A stretch of DNA of 64,000 nucleotides from Takakia lepidozioides (Eukaryota > Plantae > Bryophyta), in the NCBI GenBank assembly GCA_030704615.1, contig CM060732.1, positions 43,276,001 through 43,340,000 on the forward strand, read 5' to 3'. The translations under genes and the position numbers were made by a program. Below, one piece after another: positions 24,346 to 36,600 of this stretch. Positions within the stretch are counted from its first letter, which is position 1. Every line of letters begins with the position of its first letter. The notes under the pieces were generated by a model, which saw nothing but the letters and a program-made list of their open reading frames with translations, ran no database searches and was not told the origin of the DNA.

Positions 24346-27322
24346 CTATGTCCCACTAGTCACCCCCATGCCAGCAGTGGAAGTATCAAATTTCCACACG
24401 TACATAGCACCCATACTGTCATTGTCGAGCCGGGTAACATCGGTAGGCACGGAAATTGAACTCTGCTGACCACAATTTGACCATTCAATCCGGGCCCAGC
24501 AGGAGAATGCAGCAGCTGAAGCAGGGAGCCGCTCATCAGCACAGACCAGCAATACCTCCCCAGCTAATCGGGCTTGAGGAGGGGTTTCATGGTCTAGATT
24601 GCTTCCAACTGCGCATGCCAACCAGGCACATTCCGGTTCTCCCACCATTTGCTTGTACGCTGAATTCACCCATCGCACCCGCAGTCTCAAATCTGTGATA
24701 ACTATCGGAGACCGCAGCTTCTCAAGCTGTCGCTGTACAGACTCTAAGTTTCCAGTCATGGGGGATGCCAGGTCGTTGGTACTTCTCATACACTCTATGC
24801 TGATTGTGGAACCGACTGGTCGAAGTGGTTGTGGGGAAATAACCTTGTGGAATCCAAGACCCAATGACAGGTCTCCATCAAAGACCATAGTGTCACCTGA
24901 AACCCTCGTGGTGTCAAGAGAACCTGTTCTCCTATCACAGGGAAGTGCATGCCCTGGCAATGGTTTTTTTTCTTCCAAATGTTTACTACTTTCAGGAAAA
25001 TATGTGCCCGCATCCTGTAGTATGAACTTCTTCAAAAACTGCCACAGCACTGCTTTACACTTTCGTGCTTGGAAAGGGGGCTGAAATGTTAAGACTGCAA
25101 GTTGCGTTGGAATTCCTAATGGATCAATATGTGGACCTACCGCCTGCATCACCAAAGACAGGATACTGTTTGTCAGAAAATTTTGGAGACCAAGCCAGTA
25201 CAGGCAAACAACAAAGCCAAGTTTTTGAACCTAGATGAAAACTGTCAGCGAATCCAGCAGTTTCCAGACATGCCACTAAGCAAGCGTTATGAGGACTTGC
25301 TAATCATCCAGATTCATTCTCCGTCCATAAAAAGAGTTCAACCAGGGGGTTGGCAGCTTGTGATCCACTGGCGAGCTATGTGCCTCTAGCACTAATGCTG
25401 CGGACACAGAAATGTAGACGGGCACGGCCAGCATGTGCCAGGTGATAAGAATGTGGATCACATAACCAATCCACCTACAGGTAAATTCTTTCCAAAGGTT
25501 AACGTGCACACAACACTGGCTAATGCAAGGACCCCAGCCTTTCTCCCACTAAACAGACCTCTACCATTTCCCCCTTGACCTCTCCCCAAACAACTCTTGA
25601 GAGAGTTGCTGCAGGCTCTTAGGCACTAGGGTTTATACAAGTTCCATGAGTGGAGACTATCCGGAGATACCTCTGAGTGGGAATTGAGATATCTGCAGAA
25701 CATTGAAAAACTGAAGTAGAGGATAGAATAGAACATATTGGTCCATCTGCAAAACTAACCTGAAGCTTGCCATTTGACTTTTCAGATGCAGCTCTTTTAA
25801 ATGCCAGATTCGACCACAGCATTCGATTTTGATCGTCTGCCAGCATCACCGCATCTGATGATGTTGCATATATTTGCTCCAAATGTGTGGAATCAATCAC
25901 TGGAGACTTCAAGTTCCCATTCTCGAACACAGACGGAAAATGAACTGTGGCATGAGACCTCGCACTCACCGCTTCGACAAAACCCCGGGCAGCCACTGCT
26001 CCAAGGCTCTCTAGTTTGGCATCGCATGTCCACTTGTCCGACAAACCCTTGCTGACAGGGTGGGCATACTTCGACTGTCTACATTCTTCCTCTGGCCAAT
26101 GGCCCTTACTGAACATGGTTAAATTGGTGTCTGCCGTAGCCTGTTTCCCATTCCCTTCCTTGCGGTCGATGCCCATTGTGAAGGCGGATTCTAGTGTGGA
26201 GGTCGGTAGAGAGGAATTCAAGCGTGGAGGACTCGGAAAGGAGGACTCACTGAGTGACGAATGTGCATTCAAAGGAGCGTCTGGAAGAAGGGAAAGGGTC
26301 ACCAGATTGGGTCTCCTGCTGTCAACCACATCCTCACCCGAGCACACTTCACTCTCACCGCCATAGGACGGCGAAGGATACGCAACAGGCATGATGCTGC
26401 TCCTGAATGAGCCACTTGATTTGTCCACTGCGCAAGCACTTGAACCTGCCGTTGCTCTTGGTGGGATTGATGTAGTCGTCATCTCATTAGCCGTTGTCTC
26501 GGCAACAGCTGGAAGCCCTTTGAACATCTCCCTGAAATTGCCGAGGTAACCCCCGACCTTCTGTTTCGAGATCCCATTAGCAGTTCCTTTGCTGAACACT
26601 GCAGGTGAGCTCGCAGCGGCCCTCTCCATAAAGGCCGCATCCTTCTCTATCGAGCCACCGCCCGCTGTTCTTCCTCCTACGAAGTTGTCCACTAAACTTG
26701 GAGCAATTCTTTGAACCACACCATTCCACCCACCCCCACTCACTAGAGTGGGCCTTCCAAGCTTCCCCGATCGGTTCTCTCCAAACCCATAACTCTTGCC
26801 CTCGCTGTTCATGGAGGATCTGCCCGACAAACTCAAGGCGGCAGCCAAGCTTCTCTGGTCTGTGCTGTCATTGAACCTCTGGAGCCCTCCTGGACCAAAC
26901 ACAGGTGCTACTCTTTCACTAAGAATTGGAGTCAATCCTGCCATATCCGAAGCTAGGGAAACATCCTCCCCCTTCGCCTTCACTACAGCGGTTGGCTTGC
27001 CGGTTGTCCCATTGCGCACTTTCTCATCTCTTACGGCAATGGAGACCTTCTTGCGGCTTCTCCGAGAAGCAGAAGAAGAATCCACATTCCTTTTCCGAGA
27101 CCTCTTCCCTTTACTGAATTCACTAAGCCTGCTCGTGCTTTTATCTACAGAGAGCGACGATGATGACTGCGGTTCACTGGCATCTGTTCCCTCAGGCTTC
27201 GGCGCTAGCGGCTTTGGTGCTATAGGCCGATATCTGGACATAATATGCTCGGTCTTGGAAGGAAATATGGGAGTGCCGTTGTACATTGCTAGACAGCAAC
27301 CCCCTTGATCAACAGGAATCAT
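24346..27322 (-). CDS. Uncharacterised plant protein (N-terminal RYRPIAPKP motif, C-terminal PAS-like domain), ~786 aa, 2 exons
   Basis: Exons 27322-25760 and 25143-24346 joined by a phase-0 GT-AG intron; family motifs MSRYRPIAPKP, LVTLSLLP, NSAYKQMVGEPECAWL, VPTDVTRL...WKFD. Confidence 0.8.
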
Positions 27323-27484
27323 TTCCCGTCACCTCTCTCCCCCCCCACCACCTCTCCCCTCTCACCTCCTCTCGTCCTGGCTCTCTAGCTGTCCATCTCC
27401 CTCTCTTTCGCTGCTTGTCCCGAAAACACGAGTTACCGATGAAGACCATGCCTCTTCCTCCGGGGTCCTTCCTCCTCGCAGCGG

Positions 27485-27562
27485 TCAAGTCAGCTGGTCA
27501 CGGATCCAATGGAAGTAGCTGGCCGATAGCCGAAGGCGGGATGGATGCCCATAAACACACAT
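27485..27562 (-). promoter_or_regulatory. Candidate uORF (MCVYGHPSRLRLSASYFHWIRDQLT*) in the 5' leader
   Basis: ATG 27562 to TGA 27485, upstream of the main ATG at 27322; assumes the transcript extends this far. Confidence 0.35.
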
Positions 27563-28269
27563 ACTTGAAGGGATCGCTAGTGCTACCCAGTTGCATCCAC
27601 TTCAACCCACCCCCGCTCACGACCCTTTGCTGCAACGACTTCGAGCTTTGTCAACTTGTGGCAACAGAATGCCCCACTCGCGACATCACAGCAATGACAG
27701 AGAAAGGCAGAGGAACAAAGATTGTTCAGCAGACTGCATCAGCAGCATTGCCACGACAGTAAGAACACTTCAAGACATTGAGAAAAGTGCGGGACAGCAG
27801 ACAAGCAGGGGGTACGATAAAGAGCGACTACCCAGTTCAACACAGACCAAGACCAAGCCGCGAGAGGCAGTACGAGAGAGAGACTGCTCCCACCCGACGA
27901 CTGGGGCACCTGAGCAGTCCGGGGCAGGCTACACTCTGAGAGACAGCAAGGTCCGAAAACAACAGACAGACAAGTAGCAGCGAGATCCAAACCCAATCAG
28001 CACCACGAGAACAGCACAATCACCACTACGCTCTCAACAGCCGGAGACGACGGCTTCCAACTCCTACATCAAAGCAGAAGCGATCACCACCAGGAACCCA
28101 AGTCCTACTTAAAAGCTATAGCTTTCACCATCAGTAAGAAACAACCAGAGACGAAGAACGGAGTGCAAGATTGGAACTGAAACCTACACGAGGCTGCCGA
28201 GTACGTGAATCCAACCTCACAGCCAGCAAACTACACTGAGAGAGAGAGAGAGACACAAGGAGAGTGATG

Positions 28270-29530
28270 AGAGCCGCAGCTACCTACCTGTGCCGCGGGC
28301 AGCCGCGCGGTGCCGGGCAGCCCGGCAATACTGCCCAGCGTATCTAGCGCGCATATGGCGATTGCGACGCGCCCGGATGATGCCACGCGGCCGATGTGCA
28401 GGGGGTGTATCAGCCTGCGCCAATGGAATCCACCGCTCGTCGGTTCCGGGCGTGTGGAAGTAGCGGCCCTGAAGCACCCACGTCACCATTCTCCTGACCG
28501 GATGAATGCGCCACCGACGACGATGAACGTGCTCAGCCGTTACTGCATCCGTCCCTTCGGAACCCCCATAGCCACCGTCTCGCCGAGTTTCGCCATAAAG
28601 CCAACGAACGAATGAGCAACGGACACACTCATGGTGTGCGTACGTACAGTATCGCGCGAAGCGTATATACGCGGGCGGGCGCGTGGTCAGTGGCGGCGGA
28701 CGTGGCGCGTGCGGCGACACTACAAGCATGCACAGCGCCGCGGTGCCACGCGGCGCGCGCGCACCGGCGCACTGCCGCGAGCTGGTGTGCAAGCCCCGCG
28801 GCCCCGTGGGCGGCGCCCCAGCAGGCGCAGCTACCCCCTCTCTCTCGCCAACAACATCCACACAACCCGCTCTTACGTGGATTCGAACTGCAGACTAGAC
28901 TCCCAGTCGTACGTACGTATCGGGCAGCGTACATACGGTGACTAGATGAGGTTGGGCAGGGGCGTCCGGCCAAATGGTCGGGCCGCGTCACTCGTCCAAC
29001 GTTATCCAGTCGGGATGATTAACGCATGGAAATCATCCAAGTGCCAGTGCGAGCTTTGACTTTGGTGGATGGATGACCCGGAATGGATGTCGTCTATATT
29101 TGGCACGCGCTGGCGAGAGTGACGACGAGGATTGGCGCAAGTACCGCGCGGGCGCGGGCGATTGGGGGCGAGCGGCGACGGCACGTGACGGCGATGGGGC
29201 GCGCGGCTTATCCTGCAGGCTGATGCGGCGATCGAGCCCCCACTTGGTGATGGCTGCGCGCGCGGGCATTGGTGCCCGGCGTGGTGCGCACATGGGGTGT
29301 GCGGAGGCAGAGATTCGAGCGCGGGCCAATGCGGCGAGGCGGCCCGTGGGAGGGCCCGGCTGCGAGCCACAGGTGGGGCTTGCGGCACAGGTGGCGGCAT
29401 GGCAAGGCGCGGGCAAGATGTGTCTGGCTGGGAAGAAGGTCGCAAGCAGCGAAAGCGCGGTAAGTAGCTTGTTGGCAATGATCCGCAGGGCTGACAAGAT
29501 TATAAGCAGGTCGTCAGTGATGCCACAGGA
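28270..29530. promoter_or_regulatory. GC- and CpG-rich island upstream of the RPIAPKP gene
   Basis: Visibly high GC and CpG; clustered CGTAC/GTAC and ACGTG motifs; palindromic gcgtatatacgc at about 28661. Confidence 0.5.
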
Positions 29531-29784
29531 GGGTGCGCATCCCCAGTGAATTTCGGAGGTACTTACTTATGAGGCCCAGTAGGCGGTCCACGTTGCAGGC
29601 ATGGCCGAGCCTGTTTTGTACGGGGAACATTGATGTCCAAGGAAATCGCAAAATAAGTTATGGCCCGCGGCTATTTTTCACGCCTCTTGAACGCTGGTGC
29701 ACAGCCTTGGATGACTATGATGAAGGTTTGAGATTTGAGCCCGGGATCAGCTTGGTCAAAAAACAAATACCCCTGAACCATGGA

Positions 29785-29851
29785 TAGAGCACTGAGTGCC
29801 ACTGGTGATTCTGGGTTCAAATCCTGATACCTTGTCCGGTGTGGTATAATC
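29785..29851 (+). mobile_element. SINE family A 5' fragment interrupted by a DNA transposon
   Basis: actgagtgccac...tgattctgggttcaaatcctg.taccttgtc.ggtgtggtataat is near-identical to 30290-30351. Confidence 0.65.
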
Positions 29852-31521
29852 CAGTGTTGGGGGGTTATTTGAATTTCTCTCTAGTTACCTATCCGGTTAT
29901 ATATATAGATGACCGGCGGAGGTGAAAAAATGAAGTAACCGGTCCAGTTAGGAATCAGCGGGGAGGTCACACATTCAAATAACCGAGCAAAAAACCTCTT
30001 AAACAACCGCCTACCAGTGGTTATTTGATGAAAACCGTCGATTATTTGAGGTTTTTGCATGTAACCGTAACCGCATTTTTTGAATTTTTATAGCCGGCAG
30101 TTCCAGTTTCTTCAAATTTTGTGAAACTAATTGGTAAAACCCTTCCTTGGGGGGTGTCCCATTCCTCAGCCTCCATGGCACGGTTCCAAGAGGTTATTTT
30201 CTCCTCTCACTATCAAGGGGCCTGATTTGTGAGCTGTCGCTCCCAGGTGTTTCCCTTGACCACCAGTCGGAAGCTCGGTTGGACAGAGGACTGAGTGCCA
30301 CCTAGTTGATTCTGGGTTCAAATCCTGCTACCTTGTCGGGTGTGGTATAATGTATAATCTTCTCCCCCTTGCCTTGGGCCTTGTACACCTTGAGAGTATT
30401 TCCCTTTAAAAAATAAACTTTAAATAAGATAAAAAAAAACCTGCAGCTACGATGAAATCTTATATGGCTAAATATAACCTGCAGTTCCGAGACTTATGGA
30501 AACTTTAAATAATTGGCAGTTGTCATCAAATAATTGCATGTATTGGGCGATTCTTTGAAAGGTTCTTACCAGTGCTGGTCTGGTATCTAGGTTTCGCCAG
30601 GCATCAACCCCGGTCTCTCCTAACCTAACCTACTGTTCGTTGTTCCCGTAAACACTTGTTACCCTACCAGAAGGTTCTCGGGTTCGGGGCGGACCCCCCA
30701 ACCCTAAGAGGTGGATGTTAGGGTTCTCCTTCCCCCAGCCCCTACCAGAGCTCGACTCGTTGCTGCAGGTCTGTTCGGGTATCATGTTAATTTGCACATA
30801 TAGACACTATATCTTGATATCATTGATCTTCATTTGAGAAACACTATGGATGCAACTCTGATTCAGTGTATAATTGTATGGGGGTTGATATCCTATGAGA
30901 TGAGCAGGTTTCCCTTGTGGTTTTCTTGAATATTCAAATGGCCATTTGAATAGTTCAGATGGCCATTTCCATACTGAATATGAATACTAGTACTGTTTTT
31001 ATTTTGTTATTTTTTTTAATACCATATCCGAGTTCATATTTCTAGGTTATTGACATTCAGATACCATTGCTCATATCCGGATTGATTTTTTAAAACCACT
31101 CTATGCATAACAGATTCATACTTGAAAAAATTAGGGGCTGCATTATTGGAAAACCTACCTCCCTTAAAAAAATTCAGCATTGCATACAAGGACCCTTCTA
31201 GGTATTTCCAATTCAAGATACCACACTGGTTCTCTTTGAAAGGTTCTTAGCTCGGTTGATTGAATGCCCGGCCTCCACCGGTTCGTAACTTCGTTTTTCA
31301 CCTCCACCCGGTTAGATAGGTAACTGTCGGGGTTTTTTTTTCAGAACAAGGGATAAGGCCCTGGGGAATCTTATTAATCAAAAATCCTCTACTGGCAGAC
31401 GTGGTGTGATAGCCCTCCTTGGGAACCAATGTGCTCAGAAACCCACTTCCTTGCCCAATCTTTGTCTCTGTTTAGTGTCAGACCGTCGGGTATTACAGAG
31501 AAATTTAACCACCCAACATTG
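29852..31521. mobile_element. Non-autonomous hAT-like DNA transposon with nested insertions
   Basis: TIRs CAGTGTTGGGGGGTTA / TAACCACCCAACATTG; subterminal inverted blocks about 29883-29942 and 31277-31326; degenerate 8-bp flanks gtataatc / gcacaaac. Confidence 0.6.
30265..30440 (+). mobile_element. tRNA-derived SINE, family A (best copy)
   Basis: A box AGCTCGGTTGG, B box GGTTCAAATCC, tGCCa in the anticodon-like position, A-rich tail. Confidence 0.65.
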
Positions 31522-31576
31522 GCACAAACTCCCAAACCACTTTAAGAAAAAGGCCTCCACTCAGTGTTAAGTTAGT

Positions 31577-32115
31577 GCAACCAAGTTGTAGCCGTGGTAA
31601 TGGGCACATAACCCGTTCTTAGAGCAGACTCGCTGACGTGGCATGTTTCTACTGGATTTGAGGAGGGGTGCTATATGTGGTATTCTACGACCTACTGGAT
31701 TTTAACTACCTTCCATTTCAGAAGCACCACAAAAATGACAACCTCTCCACGAAATGCAGAGTCTAGATAAGAACGAGGAGGTAAGTATGTAGGCACAAAC
31801 GTGGTGGTGGGTACGTACAAGGGTAAACTGATTGCTCTCTGCCCTAAAAACCGTATATGACCGGTAGCGATCAACAGGAGTCCTGCTACCGGATATAAGT
31901 TAGCAGGAGCCAGGACCTACTGTCCCTGCTATACCGGGTAGCAGGGCTCCTCTTGTATGCTACCTAGTCCATACCACCTCAGAAGTGGTTTGGGTTCAAT
32001 CCCCGATTGCTGTCACAAAGGTGTCCATCTTCGTAATAGAAGGGGCAGTAACCCTTAAACCCTTGAGGTCAAGAGACACCATAATTTACGTTTCCTTCAC
32101 GAGGCGGTACATATA
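31577..32115 (+). mobile_element. SINE family B copy interrupted by MITE-like inverted-repeat inserts
   Basis: 5' part 31577-31612 and 3' part 31970-32115 align to 2552-2705; inner inverted repeats at 31614-31775 and about 31863-31965. Confidence 0.55.
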
Positions 32116-32786
32116 TTAATGCAACTATTAGTCTAAAACTCAATATAGGGCCCACCCCCAAAAGGGGCAGTAGCCGCAAGGCGAAGTGGTTCTTAGTTAG
32201 CTCCATGGCTGGAGTCTTCTCTCTCTCTAAAACTCAACTTTTTGTCATTCATGAACTCAAATCTCATTGTCAAAGGAGACCATCTCATCTATCTATGAAG
32301 GGACAGAATTAGAAACAGGAGATATTTGGGTGACGTGGCATAATGCCATTGCTTACGAGAAGGAGCGCCATATTTGATAGCCGGTACGGACGCCACATTT
32401 TCTGGATGAGATGTGCCAAAGCTCGATGTAAAGTGTGCTCCACATGACAGACTATGACCGATAGTGACATGTGGCCCTAGCCACTATCTAGTCCAAAGCC
32501 ACCATATAAAAAAAATAGCTTGTAAAGATGCAGCCAATGAACATGTAGAACATCGTAACCGAGGTTTGGAGGCATTTTGCCTATGTGGCAGCGTTTAATT
32601 AGTCCTGAACAGGCCTGTCACCCGCCGTACCCCACCACCACCTCCGTTATGTCCGGGGGAGGCTTGACCGGCTACGGGGTGTAGCAGGACACCAGGGAAT
32701 CCCGGGACGCTACCGCCCGAAGATGGGCAAATAAAATTCAACAACGTGGCAAAAAACCAATAGCAGCCGTCATGTTTTCGTGCTTG

Positions 32787-32868
32787 CGCAGCCTGAGAGA
32801 TTCGAACTCTCGCGGGGAAACCCCATGTACTTAGCAGGCACACGCCTTAACCGCTCGGCCAAAGCTGC
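32787..32868 (-). tRNA. tRNA-Ser(GCT), nuclear type
   Basis: Acceptor stem GCAGCTT/AGGCTGC, D arm TGGCCGAGCGG, anticodon loop CTGCTAA, long variable arm, GTTCGAATC; T6 terminator ~30 nt downstream. Confidence 0.96.
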
Positions 32869-33662
32869 TCGATGTGCACTAGTGATGAATTTAACATATA
32901 TATTGTCTAAAAATTCTTTCATTTATCGTGAACACATATGAGGGCTAAAGTGCCCTCTTTAATGGGTGTATCTTTGTCACGCTTCAACCCAAGCTAAAAA
33001 GAAAAAGAATGTGGGTGCTCGTAGGTTTGTCTCAAAAACAAAATCTTGGGACATGATCGAAGCGGTGAGACAAGTGCTGATTTTTGTGCAGAGTGAAGAC
33101 CTTTGGGCGATGCAACAGCACATAGGTTCCTTTCAAGGAATCCTTAGCTTTGCGGACTTTGTTGCACAAGGGCAGAGAGTGAAGAGCTAGTTTTGGAAGA
33201 TGGAGGATCCACGCTAGGGATCCGTGCAAAGCAGGGGCGCATCTGTATCCACAGTAGTTTGGGGCAATGCTACAAGTTGCACAGTACACAAAGATATAGC
33301 CAGAACAGATGGGTTTGGACGAGTCTTTTGCTCATCTGTGGAAAATGGAACTGCCAGCAAAGAGAACACTTAACTGGTTGTATCAAAAAATATGCAGACT
33401 CCGGACTGTGCAATATGGACAAAGATTACTTTACACAATGGGTGCTTTTCACCAAAGGCCAAAAGCAGATACCACACCATATATGCCTTGATACAACTGA
33501 AAAGTAAAATTCTTGCAAGGGACCCAGCTTATCCCAAAGACTGTACAAGTATGGAGGCTATGCTTATACTCATTATGAATAACCACAGCCGATTCCTGTC
33601 AATTACAAAGCCAATTATTAAGGTCATACAGGCACCTCTCACTGAATCTGAGCTTTAGGTAC

Positions 33663-36600
33663 TCACAAACCCATGTTGTCATGCCCAGATCTTAATTCTC
33701 GCGAGTGCAGAGACAACTCAGTGAAGTCACTACTCTGTGTTACCATCCCATGTCCATGTGGAGAGCGCATAGCCAGGCCACTTAGTCCCATGGCTTGAGC
33801 TTGCCGGGAACTCTCAATCGACTGAAGACTAAGGTCATGCATTGACGTGGGCTGTCCCCCGAACCCTTTGGCAAGGTGCATCTCAATCAGAGAGCTTGCT
33901 GCCTGCACACCAGGCATCTGACCTCCAATCACGGGCAACTCACTCTCATGCCCAGACAAGTTCATGATCATACCTGATGACTCCCTTCCTGGGACCATCC
34001 TCATCTGATATTGGCGGTTCAGATAATTTGGCGGACTCATATCTCCAGTTGGAAATCGTGCAGTCAGGTCATCCTCCAGTGGTCTGGTAAAACCCATGCT
34101 GCCACCCACTGAATGGAATGGTACTTGTCCAAGGACTGCAGGCTGCCCATGCATATGCTGGTCAAAATGCATGGGCCCCATTTGATTATGCTCTATGGGG
34201 TGACGCCCCATCCCCATATGATGTCGCACAAGATGCTGCTGCTCATATGGCGGACCATGCAAGTCCAAGTGATGAGGCTGTCGTCCCATGTGCTGGGTCT
34301 CCATATGCTGCTGCCCAGTGTGTGCCTGCTGACGTCCTGCCCCCATGTGCTGCTGCTGCTGCCGAGCTACATGCTGCTGATGGTCCACATGCTGGCGCCC
34401 AATCAGGCGTGATTCCATATCATCACCAATTTGCCTCAGGTGACGCTGCTGCTCGAGATGTTGGTGGCCGACTTGCTGGTGATCCAAGCCAGGACGGTGC
34501 AACTGCTGCTGCTGCTGCACTGTCTGATGGAGGTCCAAATCGGGACGCCCCATGTGGAGCACAAGGTGGTTGTGGTGTTGGTCCACCTCCCGCTGCTGAA
34601 TTTGGTGCTGTTCCATATGCTGCATATGCTGTGTTTCCATCTCCCCATGCATCCCACTTGTTTGCCCCACATCATCCTCCAATCCAGGTACTGATGTCCC
34701 AGCCAGAGGGCTCCCCTGCTCACTACTTCCCTGGGGAAGCTGGAGAGAGAGGTCAGGCAGGCCTGTTACTGGTTGGCAGCAGTCGCCCGAAACACCTGGC
34801 ATCTCCTGCTCCTGGGGCTGCAGACCTTGGACACTGGGTACTGCTTGGTGGGGGTGGCAAGCCATGTTGGACAGCCCTCCGTGTTGACCATGAGGGTGCA
34901 CCGCAACATCAGACGTGATAATGCTTTGCTGCTCAGTATGCAAAGAAGACTCGGACCTGTGGCTGGGTGAGTGGGCTGAAATGTCGGGCCCTGTTCCAGT
35001 ATGCTGCTGGCACTGAACTTGCTCTTCAGGAATCCTTAGCGGAGAAGAGAGACCATTGCATGCTTCAAAAACAACCATGCCGTTAGACAGCTGCTGCTGC
35101 CGCTCTGTATTGTCCTCTATACTCTGGTTCTGTTTCTGTTGCTGATTGTTCTTTGCTAGAGGAGGCTTTGGCGGCTTGCCCAGCTTTGATTCCTTCACGC
35201 TAGCTTCTTTACTCTCCGTTGGCATTTTTTTCCCCTTAAGATTTTTCTTTCCTAGAGGACCTTTCAGCTGCTGGCAAGTAGAAGGATCTTCTGGAGGCAG
35301 GGCCGATCCAAGTGCAACAGACTTGGTTGAAGAGCCCTTGTACTGGTCATAGGTGGTCGGCGGGTCACCAGGTAGCACCTGTTCTTCAAAAATTTGGTTC
35401 AACACTTCATACTTGTAACCACAAGATGAAAAATGATGCTTCAGCTTCTCAATTTTTTTGTCCTTGGATGCCACCTCTGTCTTCAATCGTCTGATCTCTG
35501 CTTCTCGTTCTTTCACCAGATCTTGCAACTGCACTTTCCTTCTCTTAACTTCCCTACAAAGAGAGTGGACGCTGGATCCTTCAGTCTCCTGTCAAAGAAC
35601 TGGAGCCTGCACTACACTAAACAGACCTCCAAAGTAAAACAGTGTTCACCAAAACAACTGATTGCTGGAAGAGAGGTGGAAGGAAGAGGCCTGATTACTC
35701 TGAGTTCCGCATTCCACCAACCCAAAAGCACCTGACATGCCCTGGGAAGTCAATCCAGCGATGCCCTATGCTAAACCCAACTGAACTACTCTTCAAAATG
35801 CAACATAAGTGATGCCATCAGTGTCGTAAAATGAAAATGAGTTGCGTATCCCTCAAGCTGTGACTAGGTCCACTAAAGGGGTTACTGGCTCACAGCAAAG
35901 CTCAGTAAGTATTGGCTCTGAAGCCAACCTGATTGAGATTGGTTCCAAATGCAGCTTTGCAGGTAAGGCAAATGTAAGAAAAGTCAGCAAGGGCTTCCAT
36001 ACAACAAGGCCGATCCATTCATGCAAGGAATCCATACCTCAGTCGCATGCCATCCTTGGCATGGAGTTCAAGATCCACAGCATGACGGCCAGTTCGTTCA
36101 AACGCCTCCCAACTCACATAAATCACTGGCCTCTTCCGCTTACCTCCCTTAAACTGTCACAATTTAAAATCCATCACACACCTTGTCAGTGACATGCACA
36201 TCCTCACAAACATTACTGCGAGTTCAGCAAATGGGATCCAGGTATTGAGACTGAAACAATGGCCCATAGCTATTCCTAATCCAAAAAGTTGCACTGACAC
36301 CATAACACTCTTCACTGTGTAGCACAATGATGCAGAAAAGGCAATAATAAATGCAAATTGTCACAGGCCTGCACATAAAAAGAAAATACTTTTCGAAACT
36401 GCAAGAAAAATTTCCTGAACACCTAGGAGGACACACCAAAAGCAGCTTTGCAAAATTGCACACCTTTTTCTGCTCAAGCGATGGATCGCCATCCGGGTTG
36501 ACATAGTAAACATGTTCTTTGAGTGGCGGGTCTCGCTTTGTGCCATCCTCAGCATCAACAGTACCCTTGCGAACTTTGCGTCGTACAAACTCCCTGGGTG

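Noticed and set aside
28280-29549. Many overlapping 100-190 aa ORFs
   Set aside because: Expected from high GC; Arg/Ala/Pro-rich with no recognisable motifs
30690-30730. aaccctaa...ttagggtt as a telomeric relic or telomerase RNA template
   Set aside because: A single unit in a short inverted repeat inside a transposon; no 1.5-repeat template or USE/TATA context seen
32125-32200. Helitron 3' terminus (small hairpins before cttagt)
   Set aside because: No canonical CTRR-T end and no matching 5' TC end identifiable
32750-32786. tRNA-snoRNA dicistron
   Set aside because: The trailer is only ~30 nt before the T6 terminator and has no C/D box pair
33190-33500. LWKMELPAK resembling the L1 zf-RVT region
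   Set aside because: Too short and lacks the Cys ligands
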